A stretch of 64,000 bases of DNA, taken from NCBI GenBank assembly GCA_035759585.1, contig DASTUP010000187.1, forward strand, positions 36,157 to 100,156. Direction: 5' to 3'. The stretch is from Gemmatimonadales bacterium. Lineage in GTDB: Bacteria > Gemmatimonadota > Gemmatimonadetes > Gemmatimonadales > GWC2-71-9. Both the position numbers and the translations under genes were made by a program. The notes beneath the pieces were generated by a model. It saw only the letters and a program-made list of their open reading frames with translations. It had not been told where the DNA came from and did not search any database. Below, piece after piece: positions 25,451-33,008 of this stretch; positions within the stretch are counted from its first letter, which is position 1, and every line of letters starts with the position of its first letter.

Positions 25451-26769
25451 CAGGCCTTCCCCTCGTGAGACGCCACGGCATCTTCGCGCGGCGGCGAAGC
25501 GGCTGGCTGCGCCTCGAGCGGCCTGGCCGGCTCGGCAGGCGCCGTTGCGCCGGCGGGCGCCACGACCGAGCCCGAGGCGCGGATCGCGTGCGGGCTCGCG
25601 CCCACAGCGGCATTCATCAGCCGCGCAGAGAAGAGATCGGTAAGGAGCACGGAAGCGATCGCCGCCGTGAAGATGATGTTCGGGAAGAAGGCATTCGTCT
25701 CAGTGAGATAATTGAACGCGATGGCGAGCGCGAGCCCGCCCTGACCGAGGAGGGCGCGGCCCCAGTTGTTCCCGAGAATCGGGAGCATGCCGTTGAAGCG
25801 CGCCGCCAGCCGCGCGCCGCCTACCTTGGCGAGGCCGCGCATCACGACGAACACCACCACCGGCACGACCCAGGCGTTCGTGCTCGGCGTCCAGATCGCG
25901 CCGCCGCAGAGCAGCAGCACGAAATACAGCGGCCGCTCCACGCTCGTGAGCGCCTTCACGATCTCGCTGCGGTTCCGCGACGTGTTCACGAGGATCGTGC
26001 CGAGCAGCAGTCCCGGCAGGAGTGGCGAGAGGCGGAGGTACGTGGCGGCGCCCGTCATGAGCACGATGGCGCCCGCGAGCGAGATGAACAGGCGGTCCTG
26101 ATCGCGCTCCTCGCCGAGGAAGAGATGGAAGAGCGCACCGCCGACCACGCCGATGGTGACGCTGATGACCGCCCACTCGACGGCCGTCGGCGACCTGACC
26201 AGCTGCGGCGCCGGGACGTGGCTCAGGCAGAGGACGAGCGCGAGCGTGACGATCGCCACGAGCGAATCCATCCACACCGCGACCTCGAGCTGGCGCACCA
26301 CGAGCGTAGCGCGGCCCTGGCGGCGCACGATGAGCTCCATCGCATCGGCGGCCGAGCCGGTGGCAACCGCGCCAAGGACGAGCGACGGGACGAGGGCGTA
26401 CGCGCTCGAGACATTGAAGAGCCACTGCAGCACCACGACGCTCGAGCCCGTCACCACGAAGAGCGTAATGAGCGATTGCACGAACGCCACGCGATAGAAC
26501 ACCCCGCGCAGGCGCACGAGCGCCGGAAGGTAGAGCCGCATGCCGACCATCGCGCCCATCCAGCCGAGCGAGAGCGTCATGAACGGCGTGAAGGCGCGGA
26601 GGGCTTCTTCCGAGAGGACGCCGGAGACCTGGGGCCCGAGCAGGATGCCGAGCAGGAGGTACTCCGCGCCCGACACGATGAGGAAGTGGCGCCCGAGCCA
26701 TTGGAATGCCACCTTCGCCGCGCCATACGCCACGGCGACGAGGATGACGAGCAGCAGCGAAGCGCTCAT
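25450..26769 (-). CDS. Cation:proton antiporter (Na+/H+ exchanger family), paralog B
   Basis: 439 aa, polytopic. Contains VSGAEYLLLGILLGPQVSGVL. Ala/Pro-rich cytoplasmic tail. Overlaps the start of paralog A by 1 nt. Confidence 0.8.
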   Translation of the reverse strand: MSASLLLVILVAVAYGAAKVAFQWLGRHFLIVSGAEYLLLGILLGPQVSGVLSEEALRAFTPFMTLSLGWMGAMVGMRLYLPALVRLRGVFYRVAFVQSLITLFVVTGSSVVVLQWLFNVSSAYALVPSLVLGAVATGSAADAMELIVRRQGRATLVVRQLEVAVWMDSLVAIVTLALVLCLSHVPAPQLVRSPTAVEWAVISVTIGVVGGALFHLFLGEERDQDRLFISLAGAIVLMTGAATYLRLSPLLPGLLLGTILVNTSRNRSEIVKALTSVERPLYFVLLLCGGAIWTPSTNAWVVPVVVFVVMRGLAKVGGARLAARFNGMLPILGNNWGRALLGQGGLALAIAFNYLTETNAFFPNIIFTAAIASVLLTDLFSARLMNAAVGASPHAIRASGSVVAPAGATAPAEPARPLEAQPAASPPREDAVASHEGKA

Positions 26770-26799
26770 CGCCGGCGGAGGGCCGGTGTGCGGGGACCG

Positions 26800-27954
26800 T
26801 CATGCATCGGGGGCATGAAGGGAGAGTAACCTCTCCGAGGAAGTGCGGAAACGGCGCTCGTCCAGGAGGCGGGAAATGGGCTGCCGGGGCACCGTCATCA
26901 TGCCGTCGGGCCGCACCGTGAGCTTGATGACATCCGCATTGCGCCCGAACCAGCGCGCGCTGGGCTCGAGGTCGGACGGGAGGTCGAATCCCGGAAGCGA
27001 CGCCGCCGCGAGCGCCGCCTGGCTGCCGATTCCGGACTCGGGCATCGTTCCCGCCCAGAGGCGCACGCCGGCGGCCCGGGCTATGCGCCAGATGCGACAC
27101 ACCTCGGAGAGGCCGCCGACGCGGTGGACCTTCACGTTCCAGATCGTGGGACCGCCAAGCTCGAGAATCTGGCGGGCGGCGCGCGCGTCCCGGAGCGTCT
27201 CGTCCAGACAGATCGGGGTCACGAGCTCCCGGCCGAGCGTCGCGTGGCCGACCAGCTCGTCCGGGGGAAGTGGCTGCTCGATGTAGAGAAGGCCGAATCC
27301 GTCGAGTGTGCGGAGCGCGGCCTCGTCGCGCGGCCATTCGTAGGATCCGTTGGCGTCCACCGTCAGCGGGATGTCCGTGCCCTTCAGCATGTCGGCCACC
27401 GCGGCGACCGGCTCGGCGTCCCAACCCGGCATGACCTTGATCTTCACGCGGCGATACCCTGCCACGGCAGCTTCCGCCACCTGCGCGCGCAGCGTTTCGA
27501 TCGCGCGGTCGGGAGGGATGCCGAGCGCCACGCCGCAGGGCACGGCCGGAACGTGCGGGACACCGAGCGCGTCCGAAAGCACGTCCGCGATCCCGCGACC
27601 TTCACGACGCGCAGCGAGGTCCCACGCGGCGGTCTCGAGTCCCGCACGGGCGAAGGGATTTCCGCGTATGCCCGCGCGCAGCGCGGTGTCGAGCGCTTCG
27701 ATCGAAATGAACGATGGCCCGAGGACGCGCGGGAGCAGCACGTTCTCGAGCAGGTGCCGTGCCGAGCCCAGCGTCTCCTCCGAATAGAACGGCAAGCCGA
27801 ACGGAGGCGATTCGCCGTAGCCGACGTGTCCATCGGCATCGTGCAGCACGACGATGAGCGAGCGCCGCTCCGTCATGGTGCCGCCGGAGATGATGAACGG
27901 CTCGGCGAGCGGAAGCGTGAGCTCGTACAACGCGACCTGCGCGATGCGGATCAC
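26800..27954 (-). CDS. Enolase-superfamily enzyme (o-succinylbenzoate synthase / N-acylamino-acid racemase / dipeptide epimerase-like)
   Basis: 384 aa from GTG 27954 (VIRIAQVALYELTLPLAEPF...). Contains KIKV, TVDANGSY, LLYIEQP and ICLDE (metal ligands and catalytic Lys pattern of the MR/MLE subgroup). Confidence 0.8.
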   Translation of the reverse strand: MIRIAQVALYELTLPLAEPFIISGGTMTERRSLIVVLHDADGHVGYGESPPFGLPFYSEETLGSARHLLENVLLPRVLGPSFISIEALDTALRAGIRGNPFARAGLETAAWDLAARREGRGIADVLSDALGVPHVPAVPCGVALGIPPDRAIETLRAQVAEAAVAGYRRVKIKVMPGWDAEPVAAVADMLKGTDIPLTVDANGSYEWPRDEAALRTLDGFGLLYIEQPLPPDELVGHATLGRELVTPICLDETLRDARAARQILELGGPTIWNVKVHRVGGLSEVCRIWRIARAAGVRLWAGTMPESGIGSQAALAAASLPGFDLPSDLEPSARWFGRNADVIKLTVRPDGMMTVPRQPISRLLDERRFRTSSERLLSLHAPDA

Positions 27955-29081
27955 GGGGCGCGTCCCACGAGGTCCCGGAAGCGCAGCTCGCCGCCGACCC
28001 GCGCAAGCTCGTCCCGCTGTTCGGCCGCCAGAAGCGCAGCAATGAGTCCGTCGGCGGGGTCGAAGACGAGCTTGTGGAGGGTGCGCACCGTGCGCGAGCC
28101 GTCCGACGCCGGATAGGCAGAGAGCGGAAGCTGGAACATCGTGTGCAGCTGCACGGATGAGCAGCCGGCCCTCGCATAGTCGGCGATCAGCGTGCCGGAG
28201 CAGCTGTTGCCGGTCCCGGAGAGGGGAACGCCGGGCCGCGCACGGCGAAGCACGCGAAGGTTCCGGTCGCTCAGCTCCCATCCGCCGTACGCCGCGCCGA
28301 CACCGGGATCCCAGAGTCGATTGAACGCAGTGACGGCATCAGCCGACTGACCCGCGCGCGCGAGCATTCGCACCTGGAACGCATCGTCGAAGCGCGCATT
28401 CATCAGTTTGAGCGCGACGCGCGCCCCACCCGGCGCGGCATCACGGATGCGGCCGGGAACCTCGTCGATCCACCGGAGGATCCGCTCCTGCTCGTCGGCG
28501 AGCGCGTCTCCGGCCAGGGTCGGCGAGAAATCCTTCTCGATGAGCAGGGGCGCGTCCCGCCACGCGCGGGCCAGCAGGCCGATCGTATGCTCGTACTCGC
28601 CACGCGAGAATTCCTCCTCGAGGCGGGGGAGGTGGAGCTTCACCGATGGCACCGTCAGCGGTCCGCCGGAACGGGCGAGGTCGCGCCCGAATTCGAGGAG
28701 TGCCAGGTACTCGCCAAGCGTTCCGTCCCATCCCCGCCCCTTCCAGGTGACGGTCCACCCTTCCCGCCCATCGAACTTCCGGCGCTCCACCTTCATCTTC
28801 GTCTCGTGAATCGCCCAGGCAGCCATGGTCCGCGCGCCGCCGGCGTCCTCGCCGATGACGGTTTTCAGGACCACGAACGCGAGGCCTGCCTCCGCGTCGG
28901 CCTCGAGCTGCTCCGCCTTGAGCGAGAGCTGGCCCGAGGCCTTGCCGATCGGATGCGGAAGCCGCTGACCCAGGTATTCCGTGGCGAGATCGATCCGGTA
29001 TGCCTCGCGCACGTGATCGGCCCAGGCGCGGGGGAGCATGCGACCGAACCGCTCGAAATCAGCTGCCAGCTGCGCGTGCAT
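27951..29081 (-). CDS. Dihydroorotate-dehydrogenase-like TIM-barrel flavoenzyme (specificity unknown)
   Basis: 376 aa. Contains HPIGKASGQLS...FVVLKTVIGED and GTGNSCSGTLIADYARAGCSSVQLHTMF, which resemble DHOD / dihydropyrimidine dehydrogenase PreA-type barrels. Confidence 0.6.
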   Translation of the reverse strand: MHAQLAADFERFGRMLPRAWADHVREAYRIDLATEYLGQRLPHPIGKASGQLSLKAEQLEADAEAGLAFVVLKTVIGEDAGGARTMAAWAIHETKMKVERRKFDGREGWTVTWKGRGWDGTLGEYLALLEFGRDLARSGGPLTVPSVKLHLPRLEEEFSRGEYEHTIGLLARAWRDAPLLIEKDFSPTLAGDALADEQERILRWIDEVPGRIRDAAPGGARVALKLMNARFDDAFQVRMLARAGQSADAVTAFNRLWDPGVGAAYGGWELSDRNLRVLRRARPGVPLSGTGNSCSGTLIADYARAGCSSVQLHTMFQLPLSAYPASDGSRTVRTLHKLVFDPADGLIAALLAAEQRDELARVGGELRFRDLVGRAP

Positions 29082-29937
29082 CGGCTACCGCACGGACAAC
29101 GGCATCCCGCTCGCCGGCGGCGAGCTCGGGCCCCCAGGGATCGTCGCAGGCATCGCCCGGAATTGCCCCTTCCGCTGCCGCCGCCCAGAGCATCCGGCGG
29201 ATATAGCCCTCCAGCGGCTCGACGAACGTTGCCTGCGCAAAGGCGTCGCAGCGCGCCGCGAGTGGCACGAAGTCGTTCCAGCGCCGGTCCCGCGCCGCCG
29301 CCAGAAGATCCGCCTGCATCTGCGTGAGCGCGGCGCCCATGCCGACGAGCGCCGCTTCAGCCCCCATGAGGAGGGAATAGCCGAGGAAGCGGTCTTCGCC
29401 GGTGATGAGCAGCTTGCCGGGATGCTGCTGCACGATCGAGGCGATGCGCTGATACGTCATCACCGAATCGAGCGTCGCGACCTTGATTCCCACCACGTTC
29501 GGCAGGTCGAGGAGCGCATGAAGCGTGACGTCGTCGTAATCCACGCCACCGGCTGAGGCATACAGGTAGAAGAGGATGACCGGGAGCTCCCGGCTGATGC
29601 GCGCGTGGTGCGCGACGGGATCGTCCCGCTCGGGATAGACCAGCAGCGCATCGGCGTGCCCGCGGCGCGCCTCGATGGCAGTGGTGAGGTCGTGCACTCC
29701 GGCCACGACGACGCGGTCGGGCAGCGCCTCGCGCCATGTCTCCAGCACCGCGCGTCGCTGGTCGGCGCTCAGGTGCCTGCCCCGGCCCGTGTGGGCCCAG
29801 ATCGCAACGCCGGCTATTTGCTGTCTCGCCATCCACGTGGCGTAGGCCGACTGGGCGGTCGTGTTGAGCGTGGCGCCGGAGAACGGCACCGGGACCGCGG
29901 GGATGAGCCCGCGGAGGCGTTCGGTGATGGCACTCAT
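29059..29937 (-). CDS. DapA/N-acetylneuraminate-lyase family class I aldolase
   Basis: 292 aa. Contains IPAVPVPF, GVAIWAHTGRG and VVGIKVATLD (candidate Schiff-base Lys). Confidence 0.75.
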   Translation of the reverse strand: MSAITERLRGLIPAVPVPFSGATLNTTAQSAYATWMARQQIAGVAIWAHTGRGRHLSADQRRAVLETWREALPDRVVVAGVHDLTTAIEARRGHADALLVYPERDDPVAHHARISRELPVILFYLYASAGGVDYDDVTLHALLDLPNVVGIKVATLDSVMTYQRIASIVQQHPGKLLITGEDRFLGYSLLMGAEAALVGMGAALTQMQADLLAAARDRRWNDFVPLAARCDAFAQATFVEPLEGYIRRMLWAAAAEGAIPGDACDDPWGPELAAGERDAVVRAVADARAAGS

Positions 29938-30716
29938 CGCGATGGCCTGCGGCGGAGGGCGGAGGCGTTCCCTGATTCGATCGCGTCGCGAGCATCAGCC
30001 GGAATGGGGAGGAGATCGAGCTTTGCGATCGCATTCTCGGGAATCCGGAGCGGCTGCCCGGTCCCGAAGACGAAGCGCGCCGGGCCGATCGTTTCCAGCA
30101 GCGTCTCGAGATGATCCTCCGGCGGCCCCCAGATCCAGGTGATGTCCCACCAGATACGCGCCGCTTCCGCGGGCGTCGCGCCGAAATGCACTTCCTCGAT
30201 GAACGCCCGCTCGGCATGCGTGACGAGCAGCCGCACTGCGGGATCGGCCCGGATCAGCGACCGAACCGCCCAGGGAGGAAGCTCGTCCGCACGGTCGTTC
30301 GGATGCCGCTGGCGGCCATCCTCGAGCCGCACCGTGAGCATGAGGGGAATGCCGGCTGATCCGCACGCCCTGGCGAGCGAGGCCATGGCATCGCCGTGCG
30401 GGTCGAGCCCATACCAGGTCGGGTCGGCACGCACGACAGGGACGCCCTGCCGCGCCGCGCGGTCGAGCTCGGCTTCCCAGTCCGGGAGCCCGGGATGAAT
30501 TGCGGGCACCGGCGCGAGCCGATCATTGCCTGCGGCAATGTCGTAGAGCCAGGTGTTTCCTTCCATCGGATCGCGCCAGAAGAACGATGGGAGATGACTG
30601 ACCCACGCCTGGTCGATGCCGGTGCGCGCCATCGCCGCGAGGACCGCATCCGTCGAGGAGCCGGGCACCCGCCGCCAGGGATACGCGCCGAGAAAGGCGG
30701 AGACATCGATGCGCAA
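29934..30716 (-). CDS. Amidohydrolase-2-like TIM-barrel metal-dependent hydrolase
   Basis: 260 aa. TTG start sits immediately after the upstream TGA. Contains MRIDVSAFLGAYPWRR...AWVSHL...LLVTHA...FVFGTGQP. Confidence 0.65.
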   Translation of the reverse strand: MRIDVSAFLGAYPWRRVPGSSTDAVLAAMARTGIDQAWVSHLPSFFWRDPMEGNTWLYDIAAGNDRLAPVPAIHPGLPDWEAELDRAARQGVPVVRADPTWYGLDPHGDAMASLARACGSAGIPLMLTVRLEDGRQRHPNDRADELPPWAVRSLIRADPAVRLLVTHAERAFIEEVHFGATPAEAARIWWDITWIWGPPEDHLETLLETIGPARFVFGTGQPLRIPENAIAKLDLLPIPADARDAIESGNASALRRRPSR

Positions 30717-31517
30717 TCAGGCCTCCGGGAAGGAGCCGACGGGAAAGATGCGGCGCGCATTGCCCGAGCGGACCAGCTCCAGGTCGGCGCCGGGGAGGAG
30801 ATGCTCGAGATAGCGCAGCTTGGCCCAGCCGGTGTCGATCGTGAGATCGCAGCCCCAGAGGAGCCGCTCGGCGCCGACGGCCGCGAGGCACGCCTCCAGC
30901 ATTCCTCCGTCCACGCCGCTTCCGGAGAGATCCACGTACACGTTCCGGGCCCCGCGCACGGCACGCAGTGAATGCAGCCAGTCTCCACCCCCGCCGATGT
31001 GCGCGAGAATGAACGAGACACCGGCGTGCCGCCGCGCGAGCGTCACCAGCTCGATCGCATCGGACGCTTCCTGGCCGGGGAAGTCCCGTCGCCGGTGCTG
31101 CCAGATGTGCTGCAGAATGGGGAGGCGGTAGTGCGCGGCGCGCTCGCAGATCGGATCGAGCAGCGGATCGTCGGCGCGCCGGCTCGCCGCGAGCTTCACG
31201 CCGATCATTCCCCCGGCCCGGCCGCGGTCGATCTCCTCGAGGGCGTGCGCCGTGAAGTTCGGGTTGACCAGCGCATAACCACGGACCCGATGCGGATGCT
31301 CCGCCGCGATTTGCCGCTGCACCTCGTTGGCGAGCGTCACGTCCGCTGGCGACGGGAAATAGATCGGCGACCGGAGGCCCCAGGTGCCGAGCACCGAGGC
31401 CACGTGCCAGGTTATCCCGGCGCGCTCGCCCGCCCGAAGGCGGCTCGCGTTCCGCTCACGCCAGTCCTTCCGCGGCGTGCGCTCGTGGAGAAAATGGGCA
31501 TGGACGTCGATGAGCAC
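30717..31517 (-). CDS. Amidohydrolase-family metal-dependent hydrolase (start uncertain; a longer form would carry a Tat-like RRRRF motif)
   Basis: Conservative GTG start at 31517 (VLIDVHAHFLH...). Contains LQHIW, ILAHIGGG and LLWGCD. The ORF is open up to 31724 and encodes SPRDRRRRFIGGADCWAAAAPA upstream. Confidence 0.7.
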   Translation of the reverse strand: MLIDVHAHFLHERTPRKDWRERNASRLRAGERAGITWHVASVLGTWGLRSPIYFPSPADVTLANEVQRQIAAEHPHRVRGYALVNPNFTAHALEEIDRGRAGGMIGVKLAASRRADDPLLDPICERAAHYRLPILQHIWQHRRRDFPGQEASDAIELVTLARRHAGVSFILAHIGGGGDWLHSLRAVRGARNVYVDLSGSGVDGGMLEACLAAVGAERLLWGCDLTIDTGWAKLRYLEHLLPGADLELVRSGNARRIFPVGSFPEA

Positions 31518-31820
31518 TCTGGAAGATGGAAAGGCCGGGGCGGGAAGTCGAGGCAAACGGATTGCCGGCGCCGCCGCGGCCCAGCAGTCCGCACCGCCGA
31601 TGAACCGCCGCCGCCTATCTCGAGGCGACGAAAGCCGAGACCGCGTCGGGCGATGCGGGCGAGCATGCGCGCGCGACGTGCACACTCGAGGCCCGCTTCG
31701 CGAAGCTCGAGACCGATCCGGCATTCCTCCTCACGACTGAGCAGCAGCCGAATACGAAGCCTGGAAGGAAGCCGAAGTGGCAAGCATACGGAGGAGAATG
31801 ATGGGGCGACGGCCGTAGGC

Positions 31821-33008
31821 TCAGCGTTTTCCGGCGGGGTCCCTTGCCAGCGCGCGCAGGACCTCGTCGAGGACGTCGAGCGTTTCCGCCACGATTCGTT
31901 CGTCGTGCGCGAGTGACACGAAGTCGTACGCCGTGCGCTTGAGCAGCACGCCTCGGCGCGCGCACCCTGCGGCCACGGCGGCGGAGGCCTGGTCATCGCG
32001 CATCTGGAGGAAGCACATCTCGGGAATCCCGGCCGCGCCCTTCACCAGCGCCGGATGCAGTTCCGCCGCGCGGCGGAAGCCGTCGAGCAGCACGTTCCCC
32101 ACGCGCCCGATATGCTGGGGAACCCGCTCCCGGGCGAGCACGCCGAAGGTGGCGCGGCAGGCGGCGAGCGAAACGAATTCCGTCGCCAGCGTCGAGCTGA
32201 TCCAGGTATGGAGTGCTGCGCCCATCAGGTCCGCCCGGCCCCCTACCGCTGCGATCGGGAATCCGTTCCCGATGGCCTTCCCCATGACGACGAGATCGGG
32301 CCGGACACCCCATCGTTCCACCGCTCCGCCGAGTGCGATGCGGCCGATCGTCTTGATCTCGTCGAAGATCAGGACGGCACCGGTGCGTTCTGTCTCCGTG
32401 CGGAGGATCCTGAGCCATTCCGGATCCGGTGGCGCCGCGATGACGGGCTCGATGATCACGGCGGCGAGACGCGCGTCCATGCCACGCACCAGCTCGACCG
32501 CGCGCTCCATGTCGTTGAAGGGGAGCTCCGCAAAGTCGCCGCTCACGGCACCGGGAACGCCGCGCGTGCCGTGCGGCTGGCACCAGTCGAGCCATCCGTG
32601 GTAGCCGCAACCGAGCACGAATTCACGCCCCGTGTGCGCGCGGGCAAGCCGCACGGCTGCCGCTGCGGCCTCGGCGCCGGTCTTGAGGAACCTCACCTGC
32701 TCGATCCACGGCAGGTGCTGAGCGATCGTCTCGGCTACTTCCTCCTCGAGCACAGGCGGGAGCGGGCCGACGACGCCGTCCCCGACCGCTTCACAGGCGG
32801 CGTCCGTCACCTCGGGATGCGCGTAACCGAGCGCGACGGCGCCGAGTCCCATGACATAGTCGACGTAGGCGCGGCCGGAGTCGTCCTCGACCTGGCAGCC
32901 GCGCGAGCGGACCATCCGGAGCGGAAGTCCCCGTTCGCCCGCGTGCGCGCCGAAGACCGCGTCGGGTCGCTTGCTGCCGGTGGACGTGACACCCGGAATG
33001 CGGCTCAT
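31821..33008 (-). CDS. Class-III PLP aminotransferase (glutamate-1-semialdehyde aminomutase-like)
   Basis: 395 aa from ATG 33008. Contains YVDYVMGLGAVALGYAHP, FLKTGAEA, LIFDEIKTIGR and VMGKAIGNGFP (PLP lysine). Confidence 0.85.
   Translation of the reverse strand: MSRIPGVTSTGSKRPDAVFGAHAGERGLPLRMVRSRGCQVEDDSGRAYVDYVMGLGAVALGYAHPEVTDAACEAVGDGVVGPLPPVLEEEVAETIAQHLPWIEQVRFLKTGAEAAAAAVRLARAHTGREFVLGCGYHGWLDWCQPHGTRGVPGAVSGDFAELPFNDMERAVELVRGMDARLAAVIIEPVIAAPPDPEWLRILRTETERTGAVLIFDEIKTIGRIALGGAVERWGVRPDLVVMGKAIGNGFPIAAVGGRADLMGAALHTWISSTLATEFVSLAACRATFGVLARERVPQHIGRVGNVLLDGFRRAAELHPALVKGAAGIPEMCFLQMRDDQASAAVAAGCARRGVLLKRTAYDFVSLAHDERIVAETLDVLDEVLRALARDPAGKR

Noticed and set aside
25465-27424. 454-aa plus-strand and 574-aa minus-strand ORFs across the antiporter/enolase boundary
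   Set aside because: They are antisense or out of frame relative to polytopic antiporter B and the enolase-family gene. The translations are charged, Arg/His/Glu-rich and not membrane-like.
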